DNA of 63,207 nucleotides, the filler included, from Octopus bimaculoides (Eukaryota): the NCBI RefSeq assembly GCF_001194135.2. It is 3 parts of 3 records of this genome, joined end to end, with 100 filler letters (N's around TTAATTAATTAA, not from the genome) between each part and the next. Parts side by side here need not be neighbours in the genome. Positions count along the whole stretch, not along the records: positions 1 to 31,868 come from NC_068997.1; 2 more parts are not named here. The stretch is one strand, 5' to 3'. Position numbers and translations under genes: made by a program. The notes beneath the pieces were generated by a model. That model was given only the letters and a program-made list of their open reading frames with translations. It did not search any database and was not told where the DNA came from. Every line of letters starts with the position of its first letter. The first letter of the stretch is position 1. Shown one piece after another: positions 1-9,995 of the stretch.

Positions 1-224
1 ATATGTGTGTGTGTGTGTGTGTGTGTTTGTTCCCCAACATCGCTTAACAACCGATGCTGGTGTGTTTAGGTCCCCGTAACATAGCGGTTCGGCAAAAACG
101 AGACCGATAGAATAAGTACTAGGCTTACAAAGAATAAGTCTTGGGGTCGATTTCTTCGACTAAAAGGCGGTGCTCCAGCATGGCCACAGTCAAATGATTG
201 AAACAAGTAAAAGAGCAAAAGAGT
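1..224 (+). mobile_element. SINE family A, internal (TG)n plus 3' half
   Basis: Near-identical to the 3' half of the full copy at 20204-20610 (ccccaacatcgct...ggtgctccagcatggccacagtcaa...gtaaaagag tail). Confidence 0.9.
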
Positions 225-225
225 A

Positions 226-655
226 TACGCTAATGATCTTGGTCTTATTGTCGAATCAATAGCAGAACTGGAGAAGAAATTTCAGGTATGGAAGCAAAAC
301 CTGGAATCAAAGACCTTAAAGTTAACCTTGTAAAGAGCAAAGTTGTTGCTAGCAAGAAAGCAGATAAGACTCTATTTCCGTCATTTAAATTGCCTTGGTC
401 ATTTTATAGGAAAGGAGTGGAAAGTAATACCATTCGCTGCACCCAGTGTAAGACTGGGACACGTAAGAGCTGTAGTAGAATCATAGGTAGATTAACAGAT
501 AAAGTCGTCTTCGTATGTGGCAGATATGCAGAAACAATAATCTCTAAAAGCACATGGGACTTGGATTCTCTCAAATGCGCAGGAGGCTCTCTTGTGGTTG
601 AAGATGTTTTCTGTTACCTAGGTTACCAAATTATCAATGGTGAAGGATGCTCTGA
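226..655 (+). pseudogene. RTE-clade LINE RT fragment with PHD-finger insertion (decayed)
   Basis: 226-240 reads YANDL (YADD motif). It continues ELEKKFQVWKQNLESK / DLKVNLVKSKV ... CTQCK..RKSC..IIGRLTDKVVFVCGR ... VEDVFCYLG with a frameshift. Homologous to the minus-strand copy at 46900-48310. Confidence 0.85.
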
Positions 656-1790
656 TCGAGCAAAGAATATAAGTAGCGATCGTGATACCCACCACGAAGA
701 AATGATCAAGCTCAGTAACAATCTATTAAGAAACAACTACCCCAAGAACATACTATCTACTCCAATTATGAAGAAAAGAGAGGATGAAACCAATAAACTG
801 TCTACAGTCTGTCTACCCTATGTGAAAGGCCTCTCCGAAAAGATACAAAAGATATGCAGCCCATATGACATCAGGGCAGTATTCAAGAGCAATACANNNN
901 NNNNNNNNNNNNNNNNNNNNNNNNNNNNNNNNNNNNNNNNNNNNNNNNNNNNNNNNNNNNNNNNNNNNNNNNNNNNNNNNNNNNNNNNNNNNNNNNNNNN
1001 NNNNNNNNNNNNNNNNNNNNNNNNNNNNNNNNNNNNNNNNNNNNNNNNNNNNNNNNNNNNNNNNNNNNNNNNNNNNNNNNNNNNNNNNNNNNNNNNNNNN
1101 NNNNNNNNNNNNNNNNNNNNNNNNNNNNNNNNNNNNNNNNNNNNNNNNNNNNNNNNNNNNNNNNNNNNNNNNNNNNNNNNNNNNNNNNNNNNNNNNNNNN
1201 NNNNNNNNNNNNNNNNNNNNNNNNNNNNNNNNNNNNNNNNNNNNNNNNNNNNNNNNNNNNNNNNNNNNNNNNNNNNNNNNNNNNNNNNNNNNNNNNNNNN
1301 NNNNNNNNNNNNNNNNNNNNNNNNNNNNNNNNNNNNNNNNNNNNNNNNNNNNNNNNNNNNNNNNNNNNNNNNNNNNNNNNNNNNNNNNNNNNNNNNNNNN
1401 NNNNNNNNNNNNNNNNNNNNNNNNNNNNNNNNNNNNNNNNNNNNNNNNNNNNNNNNNNNNNNNNNNNNNNNNNNNNNNNNNNNNNNNNNNNNNNNNNNNN
1501 NNNNNNNNNNNNNNNNNNNNNNNNNNNNNNNNNNNNNNNNNNNNNNNNNNNNNNNNNNNNNNNNNATAATAGTAATAATAATAATATAATAATAGTAACA
1601 TCGTTAGGAATGAGAACCCAAGTTCGAAATTTCCCCAAGACACCTGACGAAGGCTGGAGGGTATATCAGCGGAAACGTTGTGTTAACAACAAACAAGATG
1701 AGGACAAATATCCGTCAAATGTAAATAATGTAAATAATGTAAATAATGTAAATAATTCCTCATCGCTTAAATATAGAACAGCCACTCCTG
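656..1790 (+). mobile_element. Penelope-like element 3' portion (RT C-terminus/linker, gap, terminal repeat)
   Basis: 656-895 translates DRAKNISSD...HEEMIKLSNNLLRNNYPKNIL...VCLPYVKGLSEKIQKICSPYDIRAVFKSNT, typical of the PLE RT thumb/linker. After the gap come an HHR motif and (aatgtaaat)n. Continuity across the gap is assumed. Confidence 0.75.
1639..1684 (+). ncRNA. Minimal type-I hammerhead ribozyme motif (PLE terminal repeat)
   Basis: GACAC-CTGACGA-A-GGCTG[gagggtatat]CAGCG-GAAA-CG-TT-GTGTT. Stem I GACAC/GTGTT; palindromic stem III ACGU; stem II closing pair is a G-G mismatch. Confidence 0.7.
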
Positions 1791-2009
1791 TGTATATTAG
1801 TTTTCCTTGGCATCCAGTTTTGAATTTCTCAGTTATGATCTGGAGGACTATAATGAAAAAGTGTGGGCTGAGAACTGAACATTTGTGAACCCCTACTTGT
1901 ACGCTAAATTCCCTACTGTATTCATGGCCGACTTCTCCTTATTGATAACACCACTGTACATGGCTTGTACAGCTCTAATGAGTCACTCATCAATTCCTAA
2001 CTTCCTTAG

Positions 2010-2410
2010 ACACCAGCAGATAACAGAGCGGGGCATCTGTCGAAAGCTTTCTCCAGGCCAATGAAAGCTAAGTACAACGGAATAATTTTGGGCAAATACG
2101 TTTCCTGCAGCTGTTTTACTTGGAAGGTGGTATATGTGGCACTCTTCCCTGGTACAAAACAAAACTGCATCACATCTAATTTAATTCTATTCCTAATTAA
2201 TTGTATTATAACCTTCTCAGTAACTTTCATGACCTGGTCTAGCAGTTTAGTACCTTTGTAGTTGTTTCTATATAAGGCATCACCTTTACCGTTATAGCAG
2301 CTAACTATAATAATACTACACCAGTCATTGGGAATGGTGCCTTACTGATTAACTCGATTAACTATACAGGTGGTTAGGCTGTCTCCTACACCACCATATA
2401 TTGTAACTAT
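2010..2410 (-). pseudogene. RTE-clade LINE RT fragment
   Basis: Minus strand reads IPNDWCSIIIVSCYNGKGDALYRNNYKGTKLLDQVMKVTEKVIIQLIRNRIKLDVMQFCFVPGKS...LYLAFIGLEKAFDR (RT domains 0-3). Confidence 0.85.
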
Positions 2411-2872
2411 GACATTCAATTATGAAATGTATGGTACGTAGCATAGCAGTCTGGAAATATTGCAATCTCTCTACTCTCTCCTGTGAACAATACAACATGC
2501 TGATAAGCAAACAGTCTATCAAGCCTATGTAGTCTACAAGAACAACACTTTCAGATACTAATTTCCCACATGGAATCTGTTTGTCATGCATTATCTCCTA
2601 CAGCTTCATATGCAGCTGTAGTCAGTTTCATATGCAAGCAACATAAACGCACACACCTTCCCAAGACTTTACAGACAGTGCTACCCAATTAACCCAGTTC
2701 TACTTAAATTAGTAAAAAAACCTGACCCCCAAATAGATTAAAAGTAAAGCAACACCTATCAACCCTATAATTTTTGCCAACAACACTGGAGAGCGTCAAA
2801 TACAGTCACTTATAAAACACACACACACACACTCACACACATATTACGGTGTTTTGAACTGTGACAAAGACA

Positions 2873-3385
2873 AATTATTGGTTGAAATGGATATAATTAT
2901 TCGTCTGATAGAGGAAAGATGGCTGCTGAGATGCCAGAGAAGTTCAGTATTGTAGACGTCAGACGTTAGGATTTTCAGTCATAAATCTTGGGCTTCTTCA
3001 GTTTGCCTGATGATTATTCATATTATGGGTCCTGTGTTGTCTGTATTTTACTTGTCTTTCTTTCCATGTATTCATCCATCTAGGCTACTTGATATTATAG
3101 ATTGCTGGTTGTCTGTATGTTACTTGTCTTTCTTGTCTTTTACCCCATATATTCATCCATCTAGGCTACTTGATATTATAGATTGGTGGTTGTCTGTATG
3201 TTACTTGTCTTTCTTGTCTTTTACCCCATATATTCATCCATCTAGGGTGTTTGATATTAAGAGTTGAAGGTTGTTTTCTACATTCCATGTGTTCTTATAT
3301 CGCGGTGTTGTTTTGGTGTTGTAGAATATGGGTTTGTGGTCTGCAGTTAGGGTGAACTGGAGGTCATCTCCGCTGTCTAGTTATC
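2873..3385 (-). mobile_element. Penelope-like GIY-YIG C-terminal fragment with internal 81-bp tandem duplication
   Basis: Minus strand reads RYKNTWNVENN...NTLDG*IYGVKDKK, resembling the PLE RYxNHxxSF..NSTxLS.YIW.LK motif. An 81-bp unit is repeated about 2.5 times at 3040-3250. The fragment abuts the Gypsy 5' LTR remnant. Confidence 0.6.
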
Positions 3386-6117
3386 TTATTCATTATACGT
3401 AACAATTCCGTTATAACATCTGGCAACGAGGGTTTTGAAGATCACGTAGGTTGTTTAACAATTTGTTCGTGATACAACTTGTTAGATATTACAGCTACAA
3501 CTACAACAACGACAATCACTGGAGTTATATTCAAAGAAGTAAAATAAATAAGGTGAGCTCGTTTTCGCCAGACAGCGTTTCGAACTCAATTAATGAATTC
3601 ACAGAGGAGGCTATAACCTTTGCATCATACTACAGAAGGTACGAGAAGATTTTTCAGCAAGATTTCAAATCATAGTCGGTTGAATAAAAAGTGAAATTGT
3701 TGTTGCAAAAACAAGGTTCGTTATAACATGAACGTTACTGTAATATCATATTGCGCCAAAAACCCAATGAAATTTGTTTTAAAGAAACAATAGAATTAGG
3801 GTGTAACATATTCGGTGATAGAATGTTTATAACACTCGAATGGAGTGTTGGAATTTAACAAAAAAGAGAATACTGGTTTTATCACATACGCAGGAACATT
3901 CAGCATGATGTGTGAAAATTTTAAACTTACACCTGAGATGTTCAAGTGTCTTATTTTCATACAAGGCCTTACAACAAGTGAAGATGCAGAAATTCGGGCA
4001 AGAATTCTTTCTGAAGTGGAACAAACAAACCAAAATCTTATCTTACAGTCCATGGCAGAAGAAAGCCAATGGAAGGTAAACCTGAAACACAATGTAGAAA
4101 TAATTCTAGAAAAAGATTCTTCAAAAATACAGACATGCCGACCGGAAAAGTAGAACCAAAAGAGAGCACCACGTCTTAACCCATGATATGGGTGTGGGAG
4201 CATACATTTCAGAAAAAAGCCTTTCCATTTAAAAATCAAGAATGTTACAGTTGCAAAAGAATTGCTCACAAGAGTTCACACTGTAGAACAAAATTAGGAA
4301 TGTCTAACGTTAAAAATCCTAGAATGCTCAGAGCAGAAACATAAGTCGACTTCCAAACAAGAAAATTTGTGCACTTAAAAATAAATGGTATACACATTAA
4401 ACTTCGATAGGATACGGGTAGGGATATTTCAATAACAGATATGGACATATGGAAGAAAATAGGGAAACGTATGTTCAGAAAAACAGCAAAATCTGCCTGT
4501 AGTGTGACGGGCGACAAATTACATTTTATAGGCAAAATGTAGACTAATGTCACATTTCAAGGGAAAATACAAAGCAAAAGTCTTCGTCGTTAAAAATACA
4601 ACTGATCTGTTTGGTACCGACTGGTTGGAGTTATTAGATTTGTGGTATCTCCCGTTAAGTACCTACTGTAAGAAAATAAATGCCTGTCCCACCAGTAAAA
4701 ATATTTCAGCAGCAAGAGTAAAGAAAGAATTTCAAAAAATTGTCTCCTGATGTGCTGTCAGACAAATTAGATCTCTGCTCTATGACTGAGAGCCCATGTT
4801 CCAGGATACATATCGACCACGCTGGACCAGTGAATGGCACATACTATCTAATCATAGTGGATAGCTATACAAAGTGGCCAGAGGTATGCAGATGTAATAA
4901 ACCCACAGCAAAGACAATAATAAAGTTCTTATTCGAGTCATTTGCTCGATACGGTGACCCAGACACATTAGTTTTAGATAATGGAGCACAATTCACACAA
5001 TATGAATTAAGAAATTTCTGCAAAATACATTCCATAGAGTGCATCTTTACCCACCCTACCACCTAACGTTAAATGGGCAAGCAGAAAGATTTTTCAACAC
5101 ATTCAAAAGAGCTCTAAGAAAAGCTAAGAGTGAGCTAGATTATGACGAGACACTAACGAAATTTTTGAGAATATATCGAATAGCACCAAATCTAAATACT
5201 AATTCAGGGAAGTCACCAGCAGAGTTAATACTTGCGCATAAACTAAAATCAATCTTAAATAAATTATTGCCAGAAAAAAATACATAAAGAGGAATGACAA
5301 AAAATACATTTGAATGAAAAACAAGAAATATTACGAAACATTTGGAAGTAGGATATAAAGTTCATTTTAAATGTAACAAAAATGGTAAAGAAGGTTGGGA
5401 GGATGGCTGCGTAATCAAAAGATAAGATAACGTGATGTATTTAATCAAAGGACAACGTTCGGGACATAAGCGATACCTTAAGCAGTTAACGATGAACCAT
5501 ACCGAAAAACGAAAGGTAATGCCAATGGAAATCTTCTATGATATTTTTGAAGTCTCAGTTCCGAGAGACATTGAAACCTATAGAACTAGCTTCAGAAAAT
5601 GAAAACACACTGAACACCTCGAAGTAATACCTAAATGAAAAAGATATTCAATTAAAAAAAAAAAAAAATAATAAACAAGATTGCTTAGAAGAGTACTTAC
5701 TACAACAAAAAGAAAAAACTACTGTGTGCAACGAAAAATACTATCTTAAAAGTCGGGTAACAACAGCTAAGAAAGAAGAGGGGGAGATGCTGGAAACAAA
5801 AAAAAAACATAAAAGAAATTCCACTTGCTCATGGTGGTCGAAATCTCAAAAGGAGAGATGTTGTGATGAGAATTACGACGTCCTCATGCGAGTGATAGAC
5901 TGATCCGAGTAAAGTATAAATAGTAACGATCCGAGTGAGTTCACAGTTCAGATTTGAGTGGAGTTCGAGTTAGTTCGCAGTGAATTCGGAAGTTGTCCGT
6001 TGGTTAGTTCACAAAGAATATTGATTTTGGATCATAAAGAGATTTGATAGTTCGTTACATTGTTTTAACTTTTGTCTGGTTATATTATTTATTGTATGTA
6101 CCAATTCTGATACAACA
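3386..6117 (+). mobile_element. Ty3/Gypsy LTR retrotransposon, internally deleted (gag-protease-integrase, no RT/RNaseH), decayed
   Basis: 5' LTR end ...ttataaca (3418), PBS TGGCAACGAG (3421-3430), gag FSPDSVSNSINEF..TFASYYRRYEKIF, zinc knuckles (ECYSCKRIAHKSSHC), protease DTG (4411-4419), integrase RIHIDHAGP / LVLDNGAQF / NGQAERF, PPT aaaaggagaga (5848-5858), 3' LTR TG..CA 5859-6117. Confidence 0.9.
5859..6117 (+). repeat. 3' LTR of the Gypsy element
   Basis: Starts TGTTGTG immediately after the PPT and ends caattctgatacaACA, resembling the 5' LTR end caattccgttataACA. Contains TATAAA. Confidence 0.8.
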
Positions 6118-6284
6118 ATTTGTATGAATCGGATGCTTATATCCTACAGAGTGGTTTACAGCTAAACATACAATATACGCTAAAAACTCGTTTATAAGGT
6201 TTGATTAAATGTATATAGAGAATAGACTGAAATTATAAACCGTACCAAATTATTTTTTATAGTCTGAGTTAATTTTCCTAATTT

Positions 6285-6682
6285 TATTCTTTTATTCTTT
6301 CACGTGTTTTAGTCATTTGACTGCGGTCATGCTGGTGCACTGCTTTTGGCTGAACGAATCGAGCCCAGGACTTATTCTTTGTAAGCTGAGTAGTTATCCT
6401 ATTGGTCACTTTTGCCGAACCGCTAAGTTACGGGGACATAAACATTCTAACATCGGTTGTCAAGTGACGGGGACAGGGATAAACATAGACACACAGACAT
6501 ACACACATACATATATATACGACGGGCTTCTCTCACTTTCCGCATACTAAGTCCACTCATAAGGCTTTGGTCGACCCGAGGCTATAGCGGAAGACACTTG
6601 CCTAAGGTGCCATATAGTGGGACTGAACCCGGAACTATGTGCGCTTGGGAAGCAAGCTTCTTACTATAGAGCCACGCCTATA
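6285..6682 (-). mobile_element. SINE family A, near full length
   Basis: Reverse complement has the tRNA-like head (ggcgtggct...gggttcagtccc), an internal (CA/TA) microsatellite and the same 3' tail as 20204-20610. Confidence 0.9.
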
Positions 6683-7340
6683 AATATTGTAATAATATTT
6701 AATGCTTGCTCATGCAAAACGTAGAATTACACAGAATGTGGGACTTCACTATACAGTGTAAAGAAATATACATTTTCATGGGACTTAGAATTTTGAACCC
6801 TTTTTTGTATTTCAGTGATGACCCCCTCCCCCTTCCATTTCTCATCCCTTCCATCCCGCTTCCTAAAATTGACATCTTTGAAAGGTCACCAGTCCTTGTG
6901 AGAAAATGTATTTATTTATAAATATTTTGATAGGTGTACAATGGAAAAAAAGAAAAGAGAAAGAAAAAAGAAAAAAAGCTTTGTAATGAAATTTCAATGA
7001 ATCGACCACATCAAATTGAAAAGAAGCCTTTTCCTCTTTCTCACTCCCCCCCTCTCTCTCTCTCTCTCTCCATCTATCTATTTATCTATCTCCCTATCTA
7101 TGTATCAATCTGTATATCTATCCTTTCCGCATCCTTAATTATTATTTTTTCTCCTCTTACTTGATTGTCCTGAAAACTCTCTCTCCCTCTATGTATTTCC
7201 CCTTCTTTACTTTTCTTTCTCTCTCTCTCCCTTTTTCCAAAAAAGGCAAAGCAATAATCTTCTTTTCTAAACAAAACAATGAACATCCGATTTATATAAA
7301 TGAATAACGAAACGTTCTGTTCTTACTCTTTTGGTTTTTA

Positions 7341-7386
7341 CTTTGTCTTGATGAGTTCGAAAACTGAACGAAAGCGTTAATAAAGG
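7341..7386 (+). ncRNA. Hammerhead ribozyme motif with C3U core change
   Basis: CTTTGTC-TTGATGA-GTTCG[aaaac]TGAAC-GAAA-GCGT-TA-ATAAAG. 5-bp stem II; self-complementary stem III AGCGUU; lies downstream of a CT-rich tract. Confidence 0.5.
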
Positions 7387-7421
7387 GTTATCCAAAATTC
7401 TGATTGCCTTCTTTCTCTCAA

Positions 7422-7447
7422 CATACATACATACATACATACATACA

Positions 7448-7478
<31 letters not shown>
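7422..7478. repeat. (TACA)n microsatellite
   Basis: Direct reading. Confidence 0.95.
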
Positions 7479-7959
7479 GTATATTAATCGTTGAAATGGA
7501 TTTGGGAAATGGATTTGGCAATAGTCCTTATTCAGCCGACAATCCTTTCGACCCCTCCTACAATTTTCCTTTATGAGTAGGATCTGATGCATCCAATTGT
7601 GTTGCATAAATCAATGCAGTCTGGGTCATATCAGGTACATGCATGCATAAAGTGGTGTCCCGCTAAATATATTAAGTTCTTCTCGTCATGTTGATGTCTT
7701 CCCGCTGTACCAGCAAATGGGGATTGCTACAGCTGTTCTTATATCAAGTAGTGTTAGGTTAGCATAATAATCATAAACATAAAACTATAAACTATAAAAA
7801 AATATACATAAGAAAGAAATAGAGAGAGGGTAAGACATGTTAAAAAAGGTTAGATCGCATTATATTTAAAGAGATGGAGACTACTAGCTACTAGCACAAA
7901 TTAATCTGAATGTGACCAGAAAGGCACTGGCAGTACACTACAAAATAAGAAACTGGTAA

Positions 7960-8330
7960 CGAATGCTAATGCAGAGACCGAGCTAATTATTCTGAACGTA
8001 ATATAAGCAAAAACGGTAATGAAATACATAAATACACCGTAAATATCAAAGGAGGCCCCTATGTGTATATCAGACAAAAGACGATACAGAAATCACATTG
8101 CGAGCTTGAAAAAGGTAAAGAAACGAAACTCAACATCACTGGCCGATTTCATTCAGAAACTCAAGGAAGAGAAGGTCAAATACAACTTTCCTGGTCCATA
8201 CAAGACGCTGTCCTGGATACGCCAACTATGTTCGGAAAAATCGCTGTCTATATTATTGACGAATGATAGAATTAGAAGTCGATTGACTGCTCAGATGCAC
8301 GAATGCAAATAAGCACACATTCACGCAGTA
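7960..8330 (+). pseudogene. Penelope-like GIY-YIG endonuclease fragment
   Basis: Frameshifted reading ECxCRDR... KYTVNIKGGPYVYI ... KRRYRNHIASLKKVKKRNSTSLADFIQKLKEEKVKYN ... RQLCSEKSLSIL. Confidence 0.75.
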
Positions 8331-8940
8331 TGAGAGGAACCACACCAAACAATTACAGACTAAACACGAAAGACGTATAACTCTCACAATTTAAATTCCG
8401 TGCCTCTTTTGAGTGACAATCTCATGAAAAACAGCTCCTAGACCTTATACCACGTAAGAATTGGATGGGACTGCTACAACATATATAATGTTAACTTTAG
8501 ACAACCTACTCAAGTTATACATATTCCATATAACTCTATCTTAAATAATGTCATCAATATTATTACTGAACACGATTAGGCCAACTGGATGTACAATCTT
8601 TGCCAGTCTATGTTTTATATAACACGTTTTGTAAAACCTGTCCAACTTCAGTTTCATACATGACATAGTCATGTATGTGTGTGTTTCTATCAGAATGCAT
8701 CTATACTTCACTAAAGTATATTAACAAAATGTAATTAAATGAATAACTACATAGACAAAATGCATATTTGTTTAAATGTATATGCAAATATAGATGCATG
8801 TGTGTGTGTATATTAAAAGGATGTGTTATAACATACGAACCTGATCTTTTCCCCGCCAAAAATTCCAACCACAGGACAGGCATGAAAACCTGCAATTTCT
8901 GGTTATCTAAATTCTACCCCTTCAAAGGTTTGCGTACGCA

Positions 8941-9362
8941 ACTAGGCACAAGGTCCGAAATTTTGGGGGAGGGGGCCAGTCAATTAGATCGACTCAGATA
9001 CGCAACTGGTACTTAATTTATCGACCCCGAAAGGATGAAAGACAAAGTCGACCTCGGCAGAAATTGAACTCAGAACATAAAGACAAACGAAATACCGGTA
9101 AGCATTTCTCCCGGCGTGCTAACGTTTCTTATTTCTTCATTGCCCTCAAGGGGCTAAACAGAGAGGAGACAAACAAGGACAGAGAAAGGGATTAAGTTGA
9201 ATACATCTACCCCAGTGCATAACTGGTACTTAATTTATCGACCCCGAAAGGATGAAAGGCAAAGTCGGCCTCGGCGGAATTTGAACTCAGAACGTAACGG
9301 CAGACGAAATACCATTAAGCATTTCGCCCGGCGTGCTAACACTTCTGCCAGCTTGCCGCCTT
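8941..9362 (-). mobile_element. SINE family B, dimeric (two tRNA-related monomers in tandem)
   Basis: The unit cgtgctaac...gcatttc..ccgg / gaactcagaac / gtcgacctcggc / ttatcgaccccgaaaggatgaaa occurs twice (8941-9130 and 9131-9362) with different tails. Confidence 0.85.
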
Positions 9363-9470
9363 ACAAATATCGAATAATAGCACCATACTCACACCAAGCA
9401 AGGGTCTATATTGGTGGTGGTGTTGATTTGAAGATCCGCTACCAAGCACACATGAACTCCCAATCCAAAC
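9363..9470 (+). pseudogene. GIY-YIG endonuclease N-terminal fragment (PLE-like)
   Basis: KYRIIAPYSHQARVYIGGGVDLKIRYQAHMNS: xYRI...VYIG...RY..H pattern. Confidence 0.5.
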
Positions 9471-9995
9471 TCCAAATTATCTACCTCCTTATATACACAA
9501 CCACAAATCCTCAAATGTTCCTTATACCCTAACCTAATCAATTGTAAGTGAGGCTTCCTCACACAATAGTAATTCCAGAATATGTAAATTGTGTTTCCAC
9601 AACTTCTCATTACTTAAAAGATTTTCAAAGATAATACTTACTTGGAAACATAGACAAAATACATATGTGTGTATATGTATATGCAAATATAGATGCATAT
9701 GTGTGATTGTATACATCAAAAGAATGTGTTATAACACTATTCTACATATACAAAACAGCCATACCAACAATTCAACATACCTCCATCATCAGCTGCCCCA
9801 CGGATATCATTATGGTTTCGACACCTGTGCAAAGTCCCATCCAATTCTTCCGTGGGAAATTGTTTGCCCATTTTGTTAAATCTATGTAATACCCTTACTA
9901 CGATTATCTGTAATTACGTTTAACCTTAAGGTACAGTTAAGTTTCACTAGAAACGTATTATCCTCCACTAATACTACTCTTTCTACTAAATTATT

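Noticed and set aside
288-1589. 433-aa ORF in the ORF track
   Set aside because: Chimera of an RTE fragment, a PLE fragment and N-gap codons; not a gene.
2955-3010. Minus-strand CTGAAGA...GAAA hammerhead
   Set aside because: Stem I cannot form, and the motif falls in decayed GIY-YIG coding sequence.
3040-3250. 81-bp repeats, also the 19-bp repeats at 21524 and the 25-bp pair at 31423, as CRISPR-like arrays
   Set aside because: No unique equal-length spacers, no cas genes, and eukaryotic context; ordinary tandem duplications.
8400-8450. HHR-like ctttTGA-gtga..tcat-GAAA downstream of the GIY-YIG fragment
   Set aside because: Core has two substitutions and there is no stem I/III; at most a dead remnant.
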